Assembly (NCBI GenBank): GCA_902510415.1
Contig: CABXBH010000001.1
Span: 9,596-73,595, forward strand
DNA length: 64,000 nt
From: an uncultured Bacteroidota bacterium
GTDB taxonomy: Bacteria; Bacteroidota; Bacteroidia; Flavobacteriales; Flavobacteriaceae
Direction: 5' to 3'
Numbering within the stretch: position 1 is the first letter of the stretch; each line of letters begins with the position of its first letter. This document shows, in pieces, positions 38,265 through 47,400 of the stretch. The notes below the pieces were generated by a model. It saw only the letters and a list, made by a program, of their open reading frames with translations. It was not told the DNA's origin and did no database searches. The position numbers and the translations under genes were made by a program.

Positions 38265-38927
38265 ATGGGTTTATTTAATAAAGTAGGATTGCTTTCAAAA
38301 AAAGATGAAAAACTTATTTCTGACCCGTTATCAGATAATAACCCTATAACTGTACAAGTTTTAGGAATTTGTTCAGCCTTGGCGATTACCGCTGAGTTAG
38401 AGGCATCTGTTGTTATGTCTGTTTCAGTTTTATTTGTTATGGGTGTTGGAAATGTTGTTATTTCAATGATTAGAAATATTGTGCCCTCAAAAATTAGAAT
38501 TATTGTTCAACTTACAGTTATTGCTACACTGGTTATTATTGTTGATTTAGTATTGAAGGCATTCGCTTATGAATTAAGTAAAACATTATCTGTATTTATT
38601 GGTTTAATCATTACCAATTGTATAATTATGGGAAGGTTTGAAGCCTTTGCCCTGGGTAATGGTCTTTGGAGATCTTTTCTTGACGGAATTGGTAATGCAT
38701 TTGGTTATGCTGTGATTTTAGTAATTGTAGGTTTTTTCAGAGAACTATTAGGCTCAGGAACTTTATGGGGTTTTGCTGTTCTTGGAGACCCTATTGACAA
38801 GACATATCTGTATGCCCTTGGTTATGAGAATAATGGATTCATGTTACTTTCTCCTATGGCATTAATTGTTGTCGGAATAATTATATGGGTTCAAAGAGCT
38901 AGAAGTAAACATTTAATAGAAGAATAA
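38265..38927 (+). CDS. nqrD: Na+-NQR subunit D
   Basis: 220 aa. NPITVQVLGICSALA and IITNCIIMGR (conserved Cys). Confidence 0.93.
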   Translation: MGLFNKVGLLSKKDEKLISDPLSDNNPITVQVLGICSALAITAELEASVVMSVSVLFVMGVGNVVISMIRNIVPSKIRIIVQLTVIATLVIIVDLVLKAFAYELSKTLSVFIGLIITNCIIMGRFEAFALGNGLWRSFLDGIGNAFGYAVILVIVGFFRELLGSGTLWGFAVLGDPIDKTYLYALGYENNGFMLLSPMALIVVGIIIWVQRARSKHLIEE

Positions 38928-39634
38928 TGGAACATATAGAATTATTTTTTAAGTCAGTATTTATTGATAATATGGTTTTTGCAACCTTCTTAGGTATGTG
39001 TTCGTATCTTGCAGTTTCAAAAAAGGTATCAACGGCTATTGGTTTAGGAGCAGCTGTTACTTTTGTATTAGCTATTACTGTTCCTTTGAATTGGTTATTA
39101 GATCAATACGTTCTACAAGATGGTGCACTAACATGGTTACATCCAAGTCTCATAGATTATGATCTTAGTTTTTTATCATTTATTCTTTTTATTGCAACGA
39201 TTGCAACAATGGTACAACTTGTTGAAATAATAGTAGAAAAATTCTCACCTTCTTTATATAATTCTCTGGGTATATTTCTTCCTCTTATTGCTGTGAATTG
39301 TGCAATTTTAGGAGGCTCTTTATTTATGCAATCAAGAGAGATTGCTTCAATTCAGTTAGCCACAACTTACGGAATAGGTTCTGGATTTGGATTTTTCCTT
39401 GCAATCTTAGCAATTGCAGCTATTAGGGAGAAAATTAGATACTCATCTGTCCCAGGACCTCTTAGAGGATTGGGCATTACTTTTATTATTACCGGATTAA
39501 TGGCTATTGGTTTTATGAGTTTTGGAGGAATGTTAACTGGGGGTGATGAACCTGCAAAGGAAACTGTTAGTGATAAGAATGAAGACGGAAACGAAGATGA
39601 TTTGGTTTATAAAATTAATCAAGAAATAAATTAA
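38927..39634 (+). CDS. nqrE: Na+-NQR subunit E, with an acidic ~31-aa C-terminal tail
   Basis: FLGMCSYLAVS and LIAVNCAILGG conserved-Cys blocks. 235 aa. Tail GGDEPAKETVSDKNEDGNEDDLVYKINQEIN. Confidence 0.92.
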   Translation: MEHIELFFKSVFIDNMVFATFLGMCSYLAVSKKVSTAIGLGAAVTFVLAITVPLNWLLDQYVLQDGALTWLHPSLIDYDLSFLSFILFIATIATMVQLVEIIVEKFSPSLYNSLGIFLPLIAVNCAILGGSLFMQSREIASIQLATTYGIGSGFGFFLAILAIAAIREKIRYSSVPGPLRGLGITFIITGLMAIGFMSFGGMLTGGDEPAKETVSDKNEDGNEDDLVYKINQEIN

Positions 39635-39636
39635 TA

Positions 39637-40944
39637 ATGATTTTAGCTACATCTATAACAAAGTCTATTTTATTAGTGGTTGGAATACTATTAGTAGTTT
39701 CTTTACTATTAATATTAGTATTGCTTTTTGTAAAAGAGAAATTAGCGCCTTCAGGACCTGTTAAAATCAAAATTAACGGAGAAAAAGAAATTGAGGTAGC
39801 TTCTGGGGATTCGTTACTAACAACTTTAAGTGCTCAGAAAATATTTTTACCATCAGCTTGTGGTGGTGGTGGTACATGTATCCAGTGTGAATGTCACATA
39901 AAATCAGGTGGAGGAGAGGCATTGCCAACTGAAACTCCACACTTTACAAGAAATGAATTACAGTCTGGAGCAAGGCTTGCTTGTCAGGTTAAGGTTAAAC
40001 AGGATATGGATATTACAATTCCTGAAGAGGTGTTTGGAATTAAAAAATGGGAAGCTACAGTAGTTAGTAATTATAATGTTGCTTCATTTATTAAAGAGTT
40101 TGTGGTTAGAATACCGGAAGATATGAATTATAAGGCAGGAGGCTATATTCAAATTGAAATTCCTGAATCTGAAGTAAAATTTAATGAGATGGATATAACT
40201 GCTCATCCTGAGGAGCATGATTCCCCCGACAAGTTTAAATCTGAATGGGATAATTTTAATATCTGGCCTCTTGTTATGAAAAATCCAGAAATTGTTGAAA
40301 GAGCATATTCGATGGCTTCATTTCCTGCAGAAGGTAGAGATATTATGTTAAATGTTAGAATTGCTACTCCGCCATTTGACAGAAAAATAAATAATTGGGC
40401 AGATATTAATCCAGGAATAGCTTCATCCTATATATTTTCTAGAAAACCTGGTGATAAGGTTACTATTTCAGGACCTTACGGGGAATTTTTTATTAACGAG
40501 TCTAATGCTGAGATGCTATATGTAGGAGGAGGCGCTGGAATGGCACCTATGAGGTCACATTTATACCATCTGTTTAGAACATTACAAACCGGAAGAAAAA
40601 TAACATTCTGGTACGGAGGTAGATCTAGAAAAGAATTATTTTATTTGGATCATTTTTATAAGTTAGAAAAGGATTTCTCAAATTTTAAATTCTATGTTGC
40701 GCTTTCTGACCCTCTTAAAGAGGATAATTGGAAGGTAAAAAAAGATTTAAATTCTGAAGGAGATGGATTTTTAGGTTTTATTCATAATTGTGTTATTGAT
40801 TATTATTTAAAAGATCATGAATCCCCAGAGGATATTGAATTGTATTTTTGCGGTCCTCCATTAATGAATCAAGCTGTACAAAAAATGGGAGAAGACTACG
40901 GTATCCCAGATGAAAATATTCGCTTTGACGATTTCGGCGGATAA
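39637..40944 (+). CDS. nqrF: Na+-NQR subunit F
   Basis: N-terminal TM, 2Fe-2S ferredoxin block SACGGGGTCIQCEC, FAD block RAYSMAS, NADH block YVGGGAGMAPMRSH. Confidence 0.94.
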   Translation: MILATSITKSILLVVGILLVVSLLLILVLLFVKEKLAPSGPVKIKINGEKEIEVASGDSLLTTLSAQKIFLPSACGGGGTCIQCECHIKSGGGEALPTETPHFTRNELQSGARLACQVKVKQDMDITIPEEVFGIKKWEATVVSNYNVASFIKEFVVRIPEDMNYKAGGYIQIEIPESEVKFNEMDITAHPEEHDSPDKFKSEWDNFNIWPLVMKNPEIVERAYSMASFPAEGRDIMLNVRIATPPFDRKINNWADINPGIASSYIFSRKPGDKVTISGPYGEFFINESNAEMLYVGGGAGMAPMRSHLYHLFRTLQTGRKITFWYGGRSRKELFYLDHFYKLEKDFSNFKFYVALSDPLKEDNWKVKKDLNSEGDGFLGFIHNCVIDYYLKDHESPEDIELYFCGPPLMNQAVQKMGEDYGIPDENIRFDDFGG

Positions 40945-40960
40945 ACTTAGCTTTGTAAGT

Positions 40961-41932
40961 ATGTTTATGAGAAAACTCTCATTATTTCTTTTTCTTCTAT
41001 TTATCAACTCTTGTAGTGACTTACGTAAGACAGGTTTAACAGGACTTATATACGGAACAACTTATAACATACAGTTTTATAGTTCATCTTATGAAGATTA
41101 TTCTGCTGAAATTGATAGTATTTTTAACGAAATCGATAATTCAATGTCGACTTACAAAACTAATTCTTTAATATCTAAGATTAACAGAAATGAAAGTTCA
41201 TTCATTGATAACCATTTTATAAATGTATTTAAAGTTTCAAAAGAAATATATAAAAATACCAATGGCAGATTTGACCCATCTATTGGTCTAATCGTTAATT
41301 ATTGGGGTTTTGGCCCAGAAAAAAAAGATTCACAGGATGAGCAGTTGAATAATCTACTTTCTAAAGTTGGATTTGATAAATTTGAAATTATAGGAGATGA
41401 ATTGATTAGACCAAAAGATTCTTATATTGATTTTAACGCTATAGCCAAGGGATATGCAGTTGATAAAATAAGTGAATTTTTAAAAAGTAAATCAATAGAT
41501 AACTTTATAATTGAAATTGGAGGAGAGATTAATGCATCAGGGATTAATTTTGATAAAAATAATCCCTGGAAAGTTGCTATTGATATGCCTAGGTTTGACG
41601 GAGATAGAAGTATTCACAGTACTTTAGAATTAAATAATATTTCAATTGCATCTTCAGGTACTTACAGAAAATTTAAAATAGATTCATTTGGTAATAGGTA
41701 TGCACATATAATAAATCCAGAAACTGGATACCCAACTCGAACAAATATTTTAAGCGTAACTGTTAAGGGTTCCTCATGTATTGAAGCAGACGCTTATGCT
41801 ACTGCTATACATACAATGAATATTATTGAAATTAAAGAGTTCTTTGCAAAGAATAATAAAATTTCATCTCTTATTATTTTTGAAAATGAAAATAATGAAC
41901 TTGAAGAATTAATATTAAATAATTTTTATTAG
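40961..41932 (+). CDS. apbE: FAD:protein FMN transferase (ApbE), lipoprotein
   Basis: Start moved from the ORF-track 40910 (which overlaps nqrF) to the in-frame ATG at 40961, giving MFMRKLSLFLFLLFINSC (lipobox). AIAKGYAVD and ASSGTYRKF blocks. Immediately follows nqrF. Confidence 0.88.
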   Translation: MFMRKLSLFLFLLFINSCSDLRKTGLTGLIYGTTYNIQFYSSSYEDYSAEIDSIFNEIDNSMSTYKTNSLISKINRNESSFIDNHFINVFKVSKEIYKNTNGRFDPSIGLIVNYWGFGPEKKDSQDEQLNNLLSKVGFDKFEIIGDELIRPKDSYIDFNAIAKGYAVDKISEFLKSKSIDNFIIEIGGEINASGINFDKNNPWKVAIDMPRFDGDRSIHSTLELNNISIASSGTYRKFKIDSFGNRYAHIINPETGYPTRTNILSVTVKGSSCIEADAYATAIHTMNIIEIKEFFAKNNKISSLIIFENENNELEELILNNFY

Positions 41933-41936
41933 TTCA

Positions 41937-42701
41937 CTACTTTATACATATTGGAATTATTTCTTTTTTTGGTAAACAATATTTGATAATTTCTTCCTTA
42001 TTTAAATGTGCTGTATATTCACACTGCTCTACTTTAAATCCTACATTGATTAGTCTATCAAAAAAATCCATTCCATAGATTCTCACGTGATCGTATTGAC
42101 CAAATAATTTGTTTCTTTCTTTAGGGTCGGTAATTGAAAAATCTTCAAAAGTTTTATTCTTTGTTATATCAATAGGTACCTGGAATATTCCTATTCCTCC
42201 TTTTTTTAATACTCTATATAGCTCTTGCATTGCTTTTTTATCATTGATTATATGCTCTAAGACATGGTTGCATAATATAAAGTCGTATGTATTATCTTTC
42301 AGAGGTAAATTGCATATGTCGGCTTTTATATCTGCAAGAGGTGAGTTAAGATCGATTGTATCATAGCTAATATTCTCAAGTTTTTTAAATTTTGACAGAA
42401 ACGCTTTTTCTGGAGCAAAATGAAGTACTTTTATTTTTTTTTCAAAAAAATCAGTCTCTCTTTTTAAGTATAGCCATAGGAGCCTATGTCTTTCTAATGA
42501 AAAAGTTGATGGTGATAATGCATTTAATCTTACGTTATTATATCCGTATGGTAGAAATTTTCTAAAGCTAGAACCATCTATAGGGTCTGTATATTTATTT
42601 CCAGATAGATATATTTTAATCAGAGGTTTGATAATATAGCTAAGCCTTGTTAGAATTGTTCTAGGAATTATATTAAGTACAAGCTTGACTACCTTCTTCA
42701 T
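41937..42701 (-). CDS. Class I SAM-dependent methyltransferase
   Basis: VLHFAPE (motif I-like), DFILCNHVLEHI and LKKGGIGIFQVP blocks. 254 aa. Confidence 0.7.
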   Translation of the reverse strand: MKKVVKLVLNIIPRTILTRLSYIIKPLIKIYLSGNKYTDPIDGSSFRKFLPYGYNNVRLNALSPSTFSLERHRLLWLYLKRETDFFEKKIKVLHFAPEKAFLSKFKKLENISYDTIDLNSPLADIKADICNLPLKDNTYDFILCNHVLEHIINDKKAMQELYRVLKKGGIGIFQVPIDITKNKTFEDFSITDPKERNKLFGQYDHVRIYGMDFFDRLINVGFKVEQCEYTAHLNKEEIIKYCLPKKEIIPICIK

Positions 42702-43514
42702 CTATTTAAAATGATTATGAAAATCGTCCTCTTCATTACTAGATATACCTAAAGCTTCGTATATATATTTGAATGAAGATAATATTTCAGGTTCACCGTT
42801 AATTATTGCAATATTATGTTCAAAATGAACACTTGGTAAATTATCCTTGGTTGTAATTGTCCAACCGTCATTATGATGAATAATTTTATGTGTTTTCATA
42901 TTAATCATTGGTTCAATTGCAACTACCATTCCCTCCAGAAATTTTTTTCCGGTTCCTTTTCTTCCATAATTTGGCATTTCTGGTTTTTCATGCATTACTT
43001 TTCCAATACCGTGACCGACAAGTTCTCTAACAACTCCATATCCATTCTTTTCACAATGGTTTTGTATAGTATATCCTACATCACCAACACGATTGCCAAT
43101 TTTAAATTCCTTTATTCCTATGTATAATGATTCTTTTGCAATTTGTAATAATTTTTTTACATCATTAGAGACTTCTCCAACACAAAATGTATAGGCATGA
43201 TCTCCATAAAAATCATTTTTCAAAACCCCACAATCAATTGAAATGATATCGCCATTTTTTAAAGGTACATCATTGGGTATCCCGTGTACAACTTGAGAAT
43301 TTGGACTTGCGCAAAGGGTATTTGGAAAGTCGTATAAACCTAAAAATCCAGGAATTCCTTCATTATCTCTTATGAACTCTTCGGCTAATTTATCAAGTTT
43401 TAGTGTTGTAGCTCCTTCCTTTATTTCTTTTGCAATTAGTCCAAGTGTTTTAGACACCAATAAAGCACTTTCTCTTATTAACTCAATCTCTTCTAATGAT
43501 TTCTGTAAATTCAT
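42702..43514 (-). CDS. map: Type I methionine aminopeptidase
   Basis: VVHGIPN, DIISIDCG, GHGIG and VVAIEPMI metal-ligand blocks. 270 aa. Confidence 0.93.
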   Translation of the reverse strand: MNLQKSLEEIELIRESALLVSKTLGLIAKEIKEGATTLKLDKLAEEFIRDNEGIPGFLGLYDFPNTLCASPNSQVVHGIPNDVPLKNGDIISIDCGVLKNDFYGDHAYTFCVGEVSNDVKKLLQIAKESLYIGIKEFKIGNRVGDVGYTIQNHCEKNGYGVVRELVGHGIGKVMHEKPEMPNYGRKGTGKKFLEGMVVAIEPMINMKTHKIIHHNDGWTITTKDNLPSVHFEHNIAIINGEPEILSSFKYIYEALGISSNEEDDFHNHFK

Positions 43515-43519
43515 TATAT

Positions 43520-45037
43520 CTATAATAAGGGTTTTTCGGTCATTTCAGCTGGTATTTCAATGTCCATTATTTTTAAAATTGTAGGAGCTATATTTCCTAG
43601 AATTCCATCAGAAATTGATTTATATTTAGAATTAATTAATATGATAGGAACTAGGTTTTTAGTATGCGCAGTATTGGGTGAGCCATCATGATTTATCATT
43701 TTATCACAATTTCCGTGATCAGAAATTAAAATTATATTGTAATTATTATCAATAGCTGATTGAACTACCTCTTTAACACAATTATCAATTGTTTCACATG
43801 CTTTTATGGAAGCCTCAAAACTTCCTGTATGCCCTACCATATCTCCGTTGGCATAGTTTAAACATATAAAATCATTGTTAAAAGTTTTGATTTCATTAAT
43901 CAATGCCTCGGTAATTTCATATGCACTCATTTCAGGCTTTAAATCATATGTTGGGACTTTTGGAGAGTCTTTTAATATTCTTTTTTCTTTTTGAAAAGGT
44001 TTTTCTCTTCCACCTGAAAAGAAGAAAGTTACATGAGGATATTTTTCAGTTTCAGCAATTCTTAGTTGAGATTTATTATTTTTCTCTAACACTTCTCCTA
44101 ATGTATTTTTTAAATCATTATTTCGAAAAATAATATTAATATTTTCAAAAGAATTATCATAATTAGTCATTGTTACAAAATGGTAAACATGATTTTTAGT
44201 TTCAAATTTGTCAAACTGTTTTTGAGTCATAGCTCTTGTTAATTGTCTTCCTCGGTCGGTTCTAAAGTTGAAAAACACAATCACATCTCCATCTTCTATA
44301 TTTCCAATTGGTAAATTATTTTCATTAATATTCACCATAGGTTTTAAAAATTCATCTGTACAGTTTTTTTCGTATGAATAATTTATTTCACTAATAAAAT
44401 CTGAAACCTTTTTTCCCTTACCATTACAAATTAAGTCATAAGCAAGTTTTGTTCTTTCCCATCGACTATCTCTGTCCATCGAATAGTATCTGCCAATAAT
44501 TGAAGCAATTTCACACTTTTTCCCTACAATAAATTCTTCCAAATTTTTTATATCTAAAATTGAAGATTTTGGATCCACGTCTCTACCATCAGTAAAACCA
44601 TGAATATAAACTTGCGAATTATATTTTTCAGAAATATTGATTAATTCATATAAATGATGATAATGTGAATGTACACCTCCATCGCTTATTAAACCCATTA
44701 GATGAATTCTTTTTGTGTTTTTATCAGCATATTCGAATGCGTTTTTTATTACTTGGTTTTTTGAGAATTCGCCTTTATTTATTGCTTCATTTATTCTTGA
44801 TAATTCTTGATATACTATTCTCCCAGCTCCAAGATTTAAATGACCAACTTCACTGTTTCCCATTTGTCCTTCAGGCAGACCAACGTCAACACCATCGGTT
44901 TTTAGATTTGCGTTTGGGTATTTTTTATATAATGAATCAATAAACGGTGTATTTGCCTTTTCTATTGCAGAAATATTAGGGTCATTTGATTTGCCCCATC
45001 CATCGAGAATCATTAGTAGCACCTTGTTATTGTTCAT
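43520..45037 (-). CDS. gpmI: 2,3-bisphosphoglycerate-independent phosphoglycerate mutase
   Basis: LMILDGWG, GNSEVGHLNLGAGR, SDGGVHSH, NYANGDMVGHTG and SDHGN blocks. 505 aa. Confidence 0.95.
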   Translation of the reverse strand: MNNNKVLLMILDGWGKSNDPNISAIEKANTPFIDSLYKKYPNANLKTDGVDVGLPEGQMGNSEVGHLNLGAGRIVYQELSRINEAINKGEFSKNQVIKNAFEYADKNTKRIHLMGLISDGGVHSHYHHLYELINISEKYNSQVYIHGFTDGRDVDPKSSILDIKNLEEFIVGKKCEIASIIGRYYSMDRDSRWERTKLAYDLICNGKGKKVSDFISEINYSYEKNCTDEFLKPMVNINENNLPIGNIEDGDVIVFFNFRTDRGRQLTRAMTQKQFDKFETKNHVYHFVTMTNYDNSFENINIIFRNNDLKNTLGEVLEKNNKSQLRIAETEKYPHVTFFFSGGREKPFQKEKRILKDSPKVPTYDLKPEMSAYEITEALINEIKTFNNDFICLNYANGDMVGHTGSFEASIKACETIDNCVKEVVQSAIDNNYNIILISDHGNCDKMINHDGSPNTAHTKNLVPIILINSKYKSISDGILGNIAPTILKIMDIEIPAEMTEKPLL

Positions 45038-45064
45038 ATTTCAAAGATATGATATTGATATATT

Positions 45065-45772
45065 TTAAATTAGATTTTTTAGGTTAAACCCATTATCAAT
45101 TTCAAATTTTTCTTTTCCTTTTTTAAAGATAGCTGCCGGTTTTGAACCTTTTAAAATTATGTCATTTCCGATTATGTTAAGAAAAGACCCCTCTCGTAAT
45201 CCAATTACTGTCTGGTCATTTATTTTATGAAATTCTTTTATCCTAGTTTCTCGAGACTCTCCCATATGCTCATGACCCTTAATCGGATCTAAGTAGTGAG
45301 GGTTTATATTAAACGGAATCATCTGTAAGGCTTTAAAATTCTTAACATGTATAATCGGCATATCATTAGTTGTTCCAATTGAGGTCCCACAGATATTTGT
45401 TCCTGCACTTGTACCAAAATAAGGAGTGCCTTTTATGATTTTACTGCTTAATATAGGAATTAATTGATGTTCATATAATTTATTTAATAATAAAAAAGTA
45501 TTTCCTCCTCCGACAAAAAGCCCATCACATTTATTTATATTTTCTTTAAAATCTTCATCATTTTGATAATCTAAAACACTTAAATTTAATTTATCAAAAA
45601 TTTTTTTTACTTTTTCTGTATATTCAAGGTGTGTAATTCCTGAGGGTCTTGCAAAAGGGATAAAAAGAATATTTTTGGATTTACTAAATAGATTTTTAAT
45701 CTCATCTTGTAAATAGTCAAGATATTTCTGGCCATATATAGTTGATGTGCTAGCCAGTAACATTTTTTTCAT
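45065..45772 (-). CDS. pepE: Dipeptidase E (peptidase family S51)
   Basis: VGGGNTFLLL and YFGTSAGTNI (nucleophile Ser) blocks. 235 aa. Confidence 0.85.
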   Translation of the reverse strand: MKKMLLASTSTIYGQKYLDYLQDEIKNLFSKSKNILFIPFARPSGITHLEYTEKVKKIFDKLNLSVLDYQNDEDFKENINKCDGLFVGGGNTFLLLNKLYEHQLIPILSSKIIKGTPYFGTSAGTNICGTSIGTTNDMPIIHVKNFKALQMIPFNINPHYLDPIKGHEHMGESRETRIKEFHKINDQTVIGLREGSFLNIIGNDIILKGSKPAAIFKKGKEKFEIDNGFNLKNLI

Positions 45773-45811
45773 AAAATTTATGAGTTACTTTAGTTAAATA
45801 AACTTACTCAT

Positions 45812-45819
45812 TATATTTG
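45812..45819 (+). promoter_or_regulatory. Candidate -7 element TATATTTG upstream of tatA
   Basis: Exact TAnnTTTG, 19 nt upstream of the ATG at 45839. Confidence 0.35.
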
Positions 45820-45838
45820 TATAAAGCTAAACCAAAAT

Positions 45839-46111
45839 ATGTTTTTATTTATCAGCGGACCTGAGATTGGATTTATAATTTTTATTGTTGTTTTATTGTT
45901 TGGCGCAGACAAGATTCCTGATTTTGCAAGAAATCTTGGAAAAGGAATAAATAATATAAAACATGCAACAAATGAAATAAAACAAGAAATTAATAATTCA
46001 AAAGATAAATTAGATACAAAAAATGATATCACTAATCAGGTAAAAACAGAAATTAATAAGGTGAAATCTGAAATTGATTCTGTTACAGGGTCAATAAAAA
46101 GAGACTTATAG
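45839..46111 (+). CDS. tatA: Twin-arginine translocase TatA/TatE family subunit
   Basis: [31 protein letters not shown] is the canonical TM + FG hinge + amphipathic helix. 90 aa. Preferred over the antisense ORF 45811-46032. Confidence 0.88.
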   Translation: MFLFISGPEIGFIIFIVVLLFGADKIPDFARNLGKGINNIKHATNEIKQEINNSKDKLDTKNDITNQVKTEINKVKSEIDSVTGSIKRDL

Positions 46112-46741
46112 TTTAACCGAAACACTTATTCCATCCCTTAGTGGGAGCATAATTGATTGTAAGCTCTTATCCTTGATAATATTTTTATTGAATTCATCTA
46201 TTAATTTGGTCGTTTTATCATAATTCCTGTTTTCATCTAGCACTTTTCCATGCCATAAAACATTATCTGAGATTAGAATGCCGCCTTTGTTAAGTAAAGG
46301 AGATACTTTTTTTAAGTAATTTGAATAATTTTCTTTATCTGCATCAAGAAATATCAAGTCAAAATTTAATTTCATTGAGGGTATTATTTTTAAAGCTTCA
46401 CCGGTATATTGCTTTATTTGATTTCTATAATTTGACAATTCAAAATACTTGTTTTGAATTTCAATAAGTTCCTCATTTTTGTCTATTGTGTGAATCGTGC
46501 CTTTTTTGTCTAAACCTTCTGCTAAACAGATGGTTGAATATCCAGTATAAGTACCAATTTCAAGAACATTTTTAGGTTTTTTAATCTTTGAGATAATACT
46601 TAAAAAATTTCCTTGAAACTCACCGCTAAGCATTATTGGATTTAAACATTTTAGCTCAGTTTCTCTTCTTAATTTGGCTAGTAATTGAGATTCATTGGAG
46701 GAATGAGTTTGTAAATATGTGCTAGCTTTTAAATCAAACAT
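46106..46741 (-). CDS. O-methyltransferase (class I SAM-dependent, caffeoyl-CoA OMT-like family 3)
   Basis: [25 protein letters not shown] and [13 protein letters not shown] blocks. 211 aa. Confidence 0.82.
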   Translation of the reverse strand: MFDLKASTYLQTHSSNESQLLAKLRRETELKCLNPIMLSGEFQGNFLSIISKIKKPKNVLEIGTYTGYSTICLAEGLDKKGTIHTIDKNEELIEIQNKYFELSNYRNQIKQYTGEALKIIPSMKLNFDLIFLDADKENYSNYLKKVSPLLNKGGILISDNVLWHGKVLDENRNYDKTTKLIDEFNKNIIKDKSLQSIMLPLRDGISVSVKL

Positions 46742-46752
46742 GTCTGTTAGAG

Positions 46753-47397
46753 CTAGTTTTTTATTAAATCATCAAATTTAAACTTGAAATTATCAAACCT
46801 AGGATTCGAAACATTTTTTATATAAGGATGATTGGGATTATTTTTTTTAAAATCCTGATGATAATTCTCTGCTATCCAAAACTTTCTAAACGGATATACT
46901 TCAGCTGCAGCCTCTAATCCAGTATTTTTCTTTATTTCTTTAATTTTATTATAAATTAATTCCTTTTGTTGTTGATTTTGGTAAAAAATAATGGATCGAT
47001 ATTGAGGTCCATTATCTGGACCTTGACCGTTTAGTTGACTGATATTTTGAGAACCAAAATACACATCTAACAAATTTGAAAAAGTGATTTTTTTTGGATT
47101 ATATACTACTTCAATTGTTTCAGCATGTCCAGTCAATTTTGTATTTACTAATTCATAAGTTGGATTTTTTGTGCTTCCGCCAGAATACCCACTAGTTACT
47201 GTTTTGACTCCAACTAAACTTTCATAAATAGCTTCTACACACCAAAAACAGCCACTGGCAAAATATGCTTTATGGACGGTTTTTTCATTTATATAAATGG
47301 GATTTAGATTTAATTGCTCCTCATTCTTCTCAATGTTCTGGGTACAAGATGAAAAACTTATAAATAGGAATAAAAAATATATAATAGATTTCTTCAA
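46753..47397 (-). CDS. msrA: Peptide-methionine (S)-S-oxide reductase MsrA, predicted exported lipoprotein
   Basis: GCFWCVEA active-site block, GHAETIEVVY and YHQDF. The N-terminus MKKSIIYFLFLFISFSSC is a lipoprotein signal. Confidence 0.88.
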   Translation of the reverse strand: MKKSIIYFLFLFISFSSCTQNIEKNEEQLNLNPIYINEKTVHKAYFASGCFWCVEAIYESLVGVKTVTSGYSGGSTKNPTYELVNTKLTGHAETIEVVYNPKKITFSNLLDVYFGSQNISQLNGQGPDNGPQYRSIIFYQNQQQKELIYNKIKEIKKNTGLEAAAEVYPFRKFWIAENYHQDFKKNNPNHPYIKNVSNPRFDNFKFKFDDLIKN

Positions 47398-47400
47398 GGT

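Noticed and set aside
45811-46032. 73-aa minus-strand ORF overlapping tatA
   Set aside because: The plus-strand frame encodes a textbook TatA (TM, FG hinge, amphipathic helix) preceded by a -7 box. The antisense ORF is low-complexity hydrophobic sequence with no recognisable features.
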